Below are positions 51,539 through 64,000 of a DNA stretch of 64,000 nucleotides, piece after piece (within the stretch, counting starts at the first letter, position 1; every line of letters begins with the position of its first letter). The notes beneath the pieces were generated by a model. That model saw nothing but the letters and a program-made list of their open reading frames with translations. It did not search any database and had not been told where the DNA came from. Both the position numbers and the translations under genes were made by a program. The stretch comes from Octopus vulgaris (Eukaryota), in assembly GCA_951406725.2 (NCBI GenBank), contig OX597818.1:31806001-31870000 (forward strand). The letters are read 5' to 3'.

Positions 51539-54255
51539 AATTTGTTTATGGGAAACGTTTTGAATATGCAAATAAAGCTTCTATTCCATTATACCGGCCA
51601 CAGTCTATTGATGCTGACTGGTGAACCAATCTTTGGGGGTTGCATTGAGCTGTACTGATATAATGTAGGATAAATATAATAATAATAAGAATAATAATAA
51701 TAACAACAATCCTTGGATGGAATTTATAAACATTTAAAACGTTTATAAATTCCACAAACAAAACACTTCGCTCGCTAGAAGCATGGTTTATTGTTTGTGA
51801 AATGTAACGTGTCTGGAATGGTACAATTGTGCAGAGTGGACTATAATGACTGTGAGAAATAATTTAATTATTCATATATTTCGGAATATAAAAATTTCTT
51901 CAGAGATTGCAAAGAAATAACGGAGTAACAGTTGTAGTCGGTTTTCTTATTCTTCTAACGGTTACTGAAATTTGTCGGAAGCGTTCCTGTAATGATAGTT
52001 CTTTTCGGAATTCCTCGTAAGAAGTGCGTGAGGATAGTCATGACTTGCGCTTGTTTGTGTTGGCATATTCGTAGCGCTGTTAAGCATTATATGTGCATTT
52101 TTATATAATGTCATATGAGAATGTTACCATCGTGCATGCAGGGTGTTGTTGTTGTTGTTAAATAAGATAGTGAGTGTTAATTTCCAACCTGTTGTTAATT
52201 AGGTCCTTAGTCTGTCTTTCTCCCCCAAGAAGAAAGTCTGTCTTTTGAATGCCTGTACTCACTTCTTTTCATGGCATACACATTGCGTAGAAGTCTCAAG
52301 CTTTACAAAAATATCTGAATCAAACTATGTATGATTAGTTGAGTTTACTGTGCTATGTACCACACTACATTTATACAGGAAAAATAAATAGAAGTTTTAG
52401 CTCTATGGAACAAAGTTTTCCAAACTTGACATTTCAATATCCACATTTTCATAAATATGATATAATATTCGTAAAGATATTGGCTTCTCTCTTTATGGTT
52501 TTATACGTAGTTCTTAAGTTAAAAGCTTCCTTGTTGTTTGTTCATCCTAGTAAGTATCATTCGTGATCAGTGTCCCGTTTATCAGCAACGTGACCTTCAT
52601 TAATATCTTAGTCATCGGCTGGTCGCGCGTCTTCACCACCATTTTGTAATTTAATGAGGTTTTGTTAAGTTATTGGTTAAGATAAGGCGACCTATCGAGT
52701 AAGATATGGTAAAATTATTAACAATTCATGACTGATCAGATTTGGCGAGGAAAGATACAGACGGCGGGATTTGATACCCAGTCTCCACGTACGTGTCTGT
52801 GCGTATCTAAGACTGCATATATTCATGTAAGTACGTATATACGTTTGTGTACATCTGTATGTATTATGTATGTATGAGTTTATGTATCTGTGTATGTGTG
52901 TGTGAACGTATGTGTGTGTGCGATGTGTGTGTGCGAATGTATTATGCATGTAAATAAATGACAAGGCACACTGGAAATGAATAATTGAGTCTTACTATCG
53001 CACATATGTGCGTAGAAACAACTCATACACAAACGTATACACAAACACATACACAAATAAACACGCACACACACACATATACGCACATGCTCATATATTC
53101 ACATGGATGCATAAATATATGTTTATATATCCGAATATGTGACTGTTTGTATTGGCATATATGTACATATAAGTGCACGTGTGTATATTTACGTATTTCA
53201 GCGTCCATATCATAATCCTCATCCTCTCCCAGTCAGTGTTTCGGATTTCGTGTCTGACAGAGAAACAGATGTTACACAGCCAACAGGTTATGCCCTTGGA
53301 AGACTGCAGCATCGTGTGTCTCCGGAAATTCCTTTCACGTACGTAGATATCTTTGGCTGAACTAACACCACCTGTAGTAGTATTCAATCTACACAATATA
53401 TGCATTAGATGTGGTATCCTGGTGTTTGACTCGCGTTCTTATAATATAATCTTCTCGTCTAATATATAATGAAATTGTATACAGTGCTCAGGTGCACTAC
53501 AGCTAAAAAAGGGTGGTTGGGTGGCATCAGGTGAACTGTTGGCGAATTTTAGGAAGGATAGAAATTTTGAAGGATGAAGTATCTCGACGACTAACATCTG
53601 ATGCAGGCAGTTTATTCTATACTTCAGCAATGCTGAGCGTGAAAATATGTTTCCGAAAGTCATTGGTGTAGTTTAAAAAAAAAAAATTTGTAAGCATGTC
53701 CACGAGCGTTTTGACATGTGGTATTCAAAAAGGCGCCAATAGTCAACATCTGGTGGGTTTATCAACGAAGCAGTTCAGAGACCAGCTAAAGACTACTTTG
53801 AAGGCAGAGCGGCGTCAATACTTCACAATTTACACAACGTTCGCTGTAGCAGCTTCTCAGTTCGATGAGGATTAATTGAAGATATTGAGAAATGTATGCA
53901 GAGTAACACTTGCGCTCGTCAAATCGCTTGTGAAGGGATATGTATAAAAATGAATGTACAATTATCAGAGATCTACGACTAATGGCGAAGATGACCATCA
54001 TTAGATCCGTACAACAACCATATACAAACAAAGCAATTGAGCAGATCTGTCTGAGTGTATATTCATATAGCCATACAAAAAAAAACAACTTATTTCTTAT
54101 TTTCAAACATTTTCTTGGTTCAAATTGAAAACTGATGCAGAATGTTTATCATGAAAATCATCTTGCTTTCATATTCATAACTGAAAATTTGAAACCACCA
54201 ACGCAGCCATGGTAAGGTTTCTTAATTAAACACTGACATGAATCACAAAAAGAGA

Positions 54256-54445
54256 TAGTGCCGGATTAACCATTGTGCTTAGGTGTGCTTAAGCACAGGG
54301 CCTCGTTGACCAAGTGGAGAGGCATCTTCCTGCCCCCACCAAATATTTTACGATGAATTTCCTGAGCTTGTATGCCTTACTGTTCACGTCAGGGACCTCA
54401 TAATTCAACTAGCACAGGGCCTCATTTGTCCTAAATCCAGCACTG
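54256..54445. mobile_element. hAT-like MITE
   Basis: Ends TAGTGCCGGATTA / TAAATCCAGCACTG; subterminal AGCACAGGGCCTC twice; TSD unclear. Confidence 0.6.
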
Positions 54446-55084
54446 ACAAAAGAAGGTAACATTTATCACTACAGGAACGTGGACGTTCTATTACAACAAA
54501 CTATGCTGCGGTAGATACCATCAGAGAAACTCTATAAAATGGTTTTTGGTTTAAAAAAAAAAACACTTTTGTTTATGTGGCTAGCGTGGTGGAACACTTG
54601 ATGAAGTTTATTCTATGTAGTTACTCAAACAGTTGCAAAAAAAAAAAAAACAAACAAAAAAAACAATCACATATTACACACTATCATCGCTAATGCATTC
54701 ATAGAAACCCCATGTGTGGACGAACAATATATAAAGGATTTTGATCATAGGTCCGCTCCCCTACAGAAGAACTAGGGACCAACAACGCTATCAAAAATTA
54801 ACGCTTCAACATACTGAAGGACAGGAGTGAATTTAACACGGTAGCACAAGGAAATATCTGTCACTGTTATTAGAATGATAATATTAATGATAATGATCGT
54901 CATGATTCTGGTGGATATACTAGGTGGATAGTAGTAAGAAAAGTTATATACTTATAACTCTTGTGATGAGAGAAGAAATAGATATCTTTCGAACGGCAGT
55001 GGTTTGGCTTAGATTGCTTACATCAAATTAGCCGCGCTCACAAACATACGTTTAAATATGGATATATGCATTCATTGATAGATA

Positions 55085-55358
<274 letters not shown>

Positions 55359-55812
55359 TTGAGCACGTATCGATTTGAAACTTCAAATGAAGGGATGAAA
55401 TTGTAAGCATATAGCGAAGATTATTTTACATAAATATATGCACGCACATATACACAGGTATTACACGCCAACAAAACTCACACGATCACAATATTTCCAT
55501 AGGCATGTACTTATGTGTGGGCGGCCTGCGTGCGGGGGCGGTCTGCGTGTGAGTGCGCGTGTGCGTGCGCGTTTGTGTAAGTGAGCATGAATATGTATTA
55601 AAAACCGATTTTGAAATCTCTCAATTTTGCCACAAGTACAAAGCAGTAACTACATATGTATGTGTGTGTATGTGAGTGTGTGTAAGTGCTCGCGCGCATA
55701 CACGTGTGCGTGCATGCATGTATTTAAATATGTATATATGTGTGTATGTATACACATATATGTATATATCTATATATATATATGTGTGTATGTATACACA
55801 TATATGTATATA

Positions 55813-56209
<397 letters not shown>

Positions 56210-56213
56210 TATG

Positions 56214-56352
<139 letters not shown>

Positions 56353-57069
56353 GTTTCTAGTATACGTGCGCACGAACACATAGATGTGCAAGTTAAATAC
56401 ACGCGAAATGTATAATTATATATATATATCTTCTGTATGACATATATATTTAGTGGACCTCCAAAACGGTAAGAGAAAAGTTAAGGACACAAAACGCACA
56501 CCAACATACATGGAAGCATAAATACATGCATACATGACTAAATATATATACATATGTGTGTGTATATATATATACATATATATATATATAGATAGATAGA
56601 TAGATAGATATATATATGTGTGTGTGTGTGTGTGTATACACACACACACACACGTATATATATGTAGTTATATTTATAAATATATATGGGGAGAAACAGA
56701 TAGATTGAAGAATTTTCCATTATCTATTACGAAAATTATAAACATGATATCTAAAGATATCTCCCAGGAGAAAAGAACGAATATGATAAAGCAAAATATA
56801 ATCAAACCATATAAGTAATTTTCTTATATCTATAAGGTTTCATGCCTAATTAACTTTCGCTATGAGTTTGTACACACACGCATACACACACACACACGCA
56901 CAGACGCACATACACGCACACACGCACAGACGCACATACACATACAATAGTACATGTATGTATATGCTTATATGTATATATATGTTTTTATTTCAGTATT
57001 TATATCCACACATCCATATCTATCTGTTGTCACATAGAATTAGATATCTGTGCGAATATACATATATCT

Positions 57070-57458
57070 TATTTCTTTGTTGCCCACAAGAGGCTAAACA
57101 TAGAGGGGACAAACAAGGACAGACAAACGGATTAAGTCGATTACATCGACCCCAGTGCGTAACTGGTACTTCATTTATCGACCCCGAAAGGATGCAACGC
57201 AAAGTCAACCTCGGTGGAGTTTGATCTCAGAACATAAAGGCAGACGAAATACCTATTTCTTTACTGCCCACAAGAGGCTACACACAGAGGGGAGAAAGAA
57301 GGACAGACAAACGGATTAAGTCGATTATATCGACCCCAGTGCTTAACTGGCACTTACTTAATCGACCCCGGAATTTGAACTCAGAACGTAACGGCGGACG
57401 AAATATGGCTAAGCATTTCACCCGGCGTGCTAACGTTTCTGCAAGCTCACCGCCTTGC
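57070..57458 (-). mobile_element. Head-to-tail dimer of SINE family B with TSD
   Basis: TSD ATATACATA(T/C)ATCT at 57056-57069 and 57459-57472; junction at 57241-57265. Confidence 0.88.
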
Positions 57459-57774
57459 ATATACATACATCTAACTAACTATGTCTCTCACTCTTTCTTT
57501 CTCTTTCTTTCTCTCTCTCTCTCTCTCTGTGCATATGTGTGTATGTGGGTTGGGGTTTATGGGTGTGCGGTGTGCATGTGTGTGGGAACATGCATATACA
57601 TATATACACTCGAAAGTTTGACGGCTGCGAGAAATTTCGTTATAATTGTCATCAGACTGTGACAAGCTAGTTATAGCTAGGAAGCTGAAAATTCGAAGTT
57701 ACTATCAATCTTGTTCTTGTAGAAATCTTTAGATATTGCAACTGACAAACATACATTCAGTGATATGAATGTAT

Positions 57775-57940
57775 GACGAAGAAAGGTGTAGGAACAACAA
57801 AAAAGTGCATTAATTTGACGCTCGGGAAAAATGGAAGTCTTTTACGCTTCGAGCCTACACTCTTCGTCAGGAAAGGCTAAGAGGAAATAGAGAGAGAATG
57901 AAAAAAAAATTCGTTTTGAGTTCCGTGGTCCAACATAGTG
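57775..57940 (-). mobile_element. Element with minimal hammerhead-like motif (57840-57874)
   Basis: Minus strand CTGACGA A GAGT GTA GGCTC GAAG CG TAA. Confidence 0.5.
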
Positions 57941-58321
57941 ATATTTATGTTTGTGTGTGTATTTGAGGGTACATATGTATATGTATATATACAATACATA
58001 CGTATATATGTGTGTGTATGCACGTATGTATGTATTGTATGTATGTATTTCTACATATTAGGTATCACATATTTTCATTTGGTTTCCGTGCTGTGGGGAT
58101 ACATCAGTGTGTCTTAGGGTATCAGTTTTCTGTCTGAAAATGTTGTTATACCCTCGCTCTATTTCTCAAGTAGTACGCGTTATGAGTGGTACTATACGAC
58201 CCTATTTATGACACAACATAAGTGTTCTCGTTGGAAAGAACGGAAAGACAGAGAAAGGGCGCGGGGGAGAGAGAGAGGGAGGGAGAGAGAGAGAGAGAAA
58301 GAGATACACACACACACAAAC

Positions 58322-58530
58322 ATAATGGTTTCAGATTTTGGCACAAAGCCACTAATTTCGAGGAAAATCGATGACTTTGATCCCAGCGTTCAACTAGTAC
58401 CTATTTTATCGAGCCCAAAGAGATAAAAAGACTAGTCGAGCTCGGTGGAATTTGAACTCAGAACGTAAGGACCGACGAAATCCCGCTAGGCATTTTAGCC
58501 AGTGTGCTAACGATTCTGTCAGCTAAACAC
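58322..58530 (-). mobile_element. Decayed SINE family B
   Basis: GGAATTTGAACTCAGAACGTAA...GTGCTAACGATTCTG. Confidence 0.82.
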
Positions 58531-58531
58531 C

Positions 58532-58532
<1 letters not shown>

Positions 58533-58630
<98 letters not shown>

Positions 58631-58839
58631 CCTATCTATCTATCTGTCTGTCTGTCTGTCTATCAATCTATATTCGTCTGTCTGTATATCTATCTGTCTA
58701 TCAATATATATACGTATGTCTGTCTGTCTGTCTATCTATCTATTTATCTATTGATAGATCGATCGATCAATCAATAGCTAGCTAGCTAGATAGACAGACA
58801 GACAGACAGACAGACATACATACATACAGACAGACAGAC

Positions 58840-58926
<87 letters not shown>

Positions 58927-58930
58927 TAGG
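58533..58930. repeat. (TATC)n/(TGTC)n facing (GACA)n/(GATA)n/(GA)n
   Basis: Directly visible; the two halves are complementary in composition. Confidence 0.93.
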
Positions 58931-59627
58931 CATGCATGCATGCATACATACGTACTTACATAGGTTCATTTTACCACATTTTGCCATAGATAATTATCTC
59001 CTTATCGATTTTATACGTCCAGATTTCCGTTCGGTATATTTTAACAAATAACATCAATGTACTGAAGTAGTGAACTTCATTTCGTACAAACGGTGCGTGA
59101 AGCTTCATAATATAACTTGCGACCAGGTCTACTGCCTAGTAGCATTGCAGTTGCCAGCAACGCCTACTCTGCGTTTAACAGCAATATCAGAGAAGCACAG
59201 AATGTTTGTATAAACCCCTTAGTTGAAGTTGTTCTCAGGCAAAGAAATGTTTTTTGAGTTTTCATGAGTAACCTGGTGTCTGTAGCATCAAGGCTCCGAT
59301 TCCATAGAGAAAAATAAAAATGTTCTCTCCTTACGCCATGAAGACGACAAGGTTTGTTGAGTTTCAAATAATTCATTGCCAGGTGTTAAGAAGCTTGTTA
59401 CAGGAATTCCAATCTTGTGTGTCAGGGATCCCTCCTTACTCTCAACAGCATAAAACGCAAAGTACTTGATGTAACTGAAATTTTCGAGTTCTTGAATCCT
59501 ATGCCACTTTTCGAACAAACTGGTTCGCGACTCTATCCTCTATTGATGCTGAAGTTCTCAGATCGATTTTGCATGAAGTTAAATACATAGATACATACAT
59601 AATACATATTTATAAATATATATATAC

Positions 59628-59720
59628 TCAAAGTAAGCAACAAGAATATCTTCGGTAAATTGGTACGATTGTTTCATGCTACATCATTTTATTAAACATT
59701 GTAAGTATTACATCAGTTTT
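59628..59720 (-). mobile_element. Element end with degenerate hammerhead-like motif, related to 60137-60233
   Basis: Minus strand CTGATGT ... TGTAGCAT GAAA CAATCG TA; shares GCAACAAG.ATATC with the reverse complement of 60211-60224. Confidence 0.45.
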
Positions 59721-60145
59721 AAAATGTTGAGCAATCTTCAACCATTCATAGAGGTGTTCCATCAATCCATATACTTATTTCCATGTCCATTGATAACATT
59801 ATAAAGAGGGTAGATATACAGACAGAGAGGTCGATTTGATTGTTAAGAACATTAGTGTTAGAATTTATATATATATATGTTTTCTTTTGATCCGTTTTCT
59901 TATATATATTTCTGACGTCTTACTTGTTGATGCAACTAGGTTCTATTGAATCTTTTTTTTAAAATTCATATGTGTGTGTGTGTGTGTGCGTTCGATGATG
60001 TCTTACCTGACCCAAAATTCGAAGTCACTATCCTTGTTAAAAATAATAATTGATGCTCTACAGAAATACGGAGTAATTCTTCAAATCTATCTATCTATCA
60101 GTTATCTATCTATCTTCTTATTTATATACATATATATCAAAATAC

Positions 60146-60217
60146 GGATATCCAGAGGTAATGCAGTACGATCGTTTCATGCATGGAATGATCGTACTGC
60201 GTTACCTCAGGATATCC
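60146..60217. repeat. Imperfect palindrome (36-bp arms, 4 mismatches, no spacer)
   Basis: GGATATCCAGAGGTAATGCAGTACGATCGTTTCATG|CATGGAATGATCGTACTGCGTTACCTCAGGATATCC. Confidence 0.9.
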
Positions 60218-60319
60218 TTGTTGCATATTTTGATTTTAATCTCCTTACTTTGAAATTTTGAAATTGTATGGATAATACCAAATTAAATTCTGGTGCATCA
60301 ACTTAAGTACCATATTCAT

Positions 60320-60558
<239 letters not shown>

Positions 60559-60913
60559 CGTGTTTGTGTGTGTGTGTATGTACGTATGTATATGTATATA
60601 TAATTGAGATTACGTGTATATATATATATATGCTTTATTTATAAAAGCATTAGTCTCTATATCTACACGCACACACACACATATATATATATATGGTGGG
60701 GGCACGATCATTTAGTTAATGTATATATAAATATATAGTAACTATACAAACATACGTAGAATGTGACAGTATAGAGAAGACCTACTTACATCATGCAAAT
60801 TATAATCGCAGTTTTTCATATAAATACATTCCTTACGCATGTAATTATTTTTCTGTCATTGTAGTATAGAAAACACTTGATCTGTTTCCAACGAATTCTA
60901 ATATGCAGGCATC

Positions 60914-60989
60914 ATGATTATGATTATGATTATGATTATTATTACTATTATTATTATTACTATTATCATTATTATCATTATTATTATTA

Positions 60990-61061
<72 letters not shown>
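60914..61061. repeat. (TAT)n microsatellite
   Basis: Directly visible. Confidence 0.97.
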
Positions 61062-61063
<2 letters not shown>

Positions 61064-61720
61064 CATCTTATATATCCACAATATCATCTTTTCCTTCAAT
61101 ACTTCTCAAAGTTCTTCGAAAACTATCATTTCAAATGATTTTGTCATTGCAGATAATAGGTTCTTATATTCAAGATGAGACAGATAGGTACTTTAGTAAC
61201 GTCTTTGCCTTAGGTGAATCAAGACTATTGTGCGAGTATTGTCGATGATAATTATTTTTCTTGATTCTTGTCATCGCAAAATATGATTAGTATCTTACAA
61301 AACTGATTCTTATCTACTGAAATGATTATCATTACCGAGAAACCTCAGCAGACTATAGCTTCAGAGTATAAACTAGTGTGCAATGTCAGTGGATCTCTGT
61401 TGGCTATGTTATGGAATAAAGATAAAGATATACATTGATTATTCTGGTATATTGTATTAGATGCTAAATATTATCATATACATAGTGATTGGCACACACG
61501 CATATATTCAGACAGTACCACATACTAAATGTTACATATAGATAATAAAGATAAACAGCACTAACTAGAGAGTACTGTCGGCCTTTGTTTTTGCAAAGTA
61601 CTATTAACGATTCAATATAGAAATAAATAAATATCGGTTTCAAATTTTAGCACAAGGCCAGTCACTGGAAATGGGTAAGTCAACCTCAGTGCTCAGCTGC
61701 TGCTTATTGGAGGAAACAGT

Positions 61721-62060
61721 TTACTCAAAATAGCCGTCCTCACCATCAGCTATGGCCTCAAAACGATTCCGGAACATGGTGCATGCGTTCTTCACTGTGT
61801 CCCTAGGAAGATGTTCGAACACCACCTTGATCTTGGCCTCTATCTTGGCTTTAGTTTTGCAGGCAGAACGGTTGGTATGCGTAAGATTAAAATTGGGGTG
61901 GAATGCGCATGCCACAAATTGTGGTTGGTGATGCAGAAATTTTCCGACGACCACTTCCAGAAGTACGGCAAGGAACCGAAACCTGCTGCTACACATATAG
62001 TCTTCCAGCGACAACACTTCCCACAGCAGTTTCAACATAGCCATCTGATGTGGGGAGGTA
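61721..62060 (-). mobile_element. Decayed Tc1/mariner (maT/DD37D-like) transposase C-terminus
   Basis: TNRSACKTKAKIEAKIKVVFEHLPRDTVKNACTMFRNRFEAIADGEDGYFE* resembles the AC..FR.R.EAV....G.Y.E end of these transposases; upstream is frameshifted. Confidence 0.75.
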
Positions 62061-62343
62061 TAATGTCACCTTACTGGAGACACAATACAAAACCAACACA
62101 AATCAGACGAACTAGATTTTCTCGTGTTACAGACTTTCAGTGTTCTCGGGGCATTGGGCAGCAGTCATGATATCGGTATTTTGATAACCAATCCAAACCA
62201 TTATCTAGTCCTCCATATTGGCTAACTTTTCATCAACTACGACATTAACCTTTATGCTATCCAGCATTAATAATTCACAAATACACCAAATCGTTCCTGA
62301 GAAAAAGAAGACAAAAAAGTCGTTAAAAGTAACAGGGATACCC

Positions 62344-62389
<46 letters not shown>

Positions 62390-62872
62390 GCCATATAGGA
62401 ATTTATATGTACTAGTATCAGACTATTTCCTATAATCAATATATGAGGAAAGGTTATAATTCTTTTTATTAATGTATGTATGTATGTATGTATGTATGCA
62501 TGTATGTATGTGTTGAAAGAGCGTTTTAGCTTGGTTGAAGTATTGCTATAAATAAGTAATATTGTGAAGAGGAAGAGAATCTTACATCATGAAAATGTTT
62601 CAGATTTTTCATATATTTCGGGCACAAATGCCCATCATCAAGAGAATACAATCGAACATTTTCTTTTCTACCACTGCAAATGAGAATGAAATACACACTA
62701 TTACTACAATCACTACCACTATTGCTCCTACGATTGCCACAAACACCACCACCTTACCACTTTTCTCATTATCACGAACCACTCTTGTTTATCAACGTTC
62801 CCACTAAGGAATACTAAACTTATACACCTGCTGCTACAAGAGAGAACAATAGAACACTGCTGGTGCTATAAT

Positions 62873-62912
<40 letters not shown>

Positions 62913-63789
62913 GTATGATAAAGCAGCTATCAGCGGGGAGTGGGGGGAACACTACCATTTACATTTTGTAAGAAATAAATGCGAAGCTTCAAAACTGCTA
63001 TCGTGAAAAATAATTTAATTTAATTCAATTTATTTTCCCTCTTTGTTATTCCTTGACTAAACCATCTTCAACAACCGAAACTAGTAGAATATTCTAATGA
63101 ATAAATAAATATTTTCCCGTATTTTCATAAACTTCTCAAAGAATTTTTCTCTTTGGTTGTCAACAAAAATTTACTCGTGTGATACATCTTGACGTTTTAA
63201 ATGCACGCACACATACATAGCTACATACATGCATATATGCATTCTTAGATACATACATGTACACACACATACACACGTTTAAGAATTTGTGTTGCAAATC
63301 TTCTGACGTGAAGTCGTGTATTGAAATAGATGTATTTCGGGGTGATCATTTTTTTTGGGGGGGGAGCAAATAAATACAGACACTATATGTTCGTTCTTCA
63401 CTCGTTTGTTATTGTTCTTATTTTAACTCATGTCCATTGTCCAGGAATTTTATATCACACATCTGTGATCTCCTTAGCGAGAATTTCTGTCTTCGTGTGT
63501 GCTCTTGCTCTGCTTATTCCATTCTATTCTTCTATGATGTTTATCTTTATATGTGCATGCGTCTGTGTTTGTGTGTATGTACATGTGTGTGCGCGTGTGT
63601 GCCATTGGTGTTCGTAGCACTATGATCCTCCCCTCAATCACGTCCCCTACCCATTGCCGCTGCTGCCCTTGAATGCGTATATATACATATACAGGCATAT
63701 GCATGTCCTCTGTTACGCATATATACATACATCAAGCACACGTATATATAAATATATAGATAGTTTAACATTTATCTATCTATATAAAG

Positions 63790-63975
63790 GGAAAGTTTAC
63801 GAAAATAAAAAAAAGACGAAGGTAGGTGGTGTACACAACAACCAGATGTATTAGTATAGCGCTCAGGAATAGAAAAAGTATTTTACGTTTCGAGTCTACG
63901 CTCTTCTACAGAAAGGTACGAAGAAAAAACAAGGAGAGAAAAAATATGTTTAGTGACTAACGATCTATCATGATA
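63790..63975 (-). mobile_element. Element with minimal hammerhead-like motif (63881-63914)
   Basis: Minus strand CTGTAGA A GAGC GTA GACTC GAAA CG TAA; homologous to 17560-17777 and 57775-57940. Confidence 0.5.
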
Positions 63976-64000
63976 TATATGTATATATATATATATATAT

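Noticed and set aside
55519-55575. Two GGGCGG boxes and a CG-rich patch as a promoter
   Set aside because: Very short, embedded in degenerate (GT/GC)n repeats, with no associated gene evidence.

Overview
AT-rich, extremely microsatellite-rich eukaryotic non-coding DNA (intergenic or intronic). The SINE families and (TA)n/(CA)n/(CATA)n density resemble an octopus (coleoid cephalopod) genome; this is recognition by eye, not a database result. I cannot support any host protein-coding exon, rRNA, true tRNA gene or CRISPR array. Nearly all long ORFs in the track are microsatellite translations. Supportable content: (1) dozens of tRNA-derived SINEs from several families, some with clear target-site duplications (TSDs); (2) decayed non-LTR retrotransposon fragments (three R4/Dong-like with restriction-like endonuclease, two RTE/BovB-like 3' ends); (3) Tc1/mariner remnants and MITEs, hAT-like MITEs, a 419-bp MITE with an 8-bp TSD and internal TTAGGG repeats, and Helitron-like ends; (4) an apparently exact 1253-bp tandem duplication; (5) a ~50-bp minisatellite with a ~300-bp higher-order period. 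The most interesting signal is a set of short non-coding elements, mostly embedded in (TA)n, with minimal type-I hammerhead-ribozyme-like motifs (CTGANGA-stem II-GAAA-short or palindromic stem III-UH) and often inverted tails. This is the architecture of Penelope-like pseudo-LTRs and retrozymes. Also notable: head-to-tail SINE multimers with an invariant junction inside single TSDs, and a perfect 99-bp fold-back inside a SINE. Boundaries were read by eye and are approximate unless stated.
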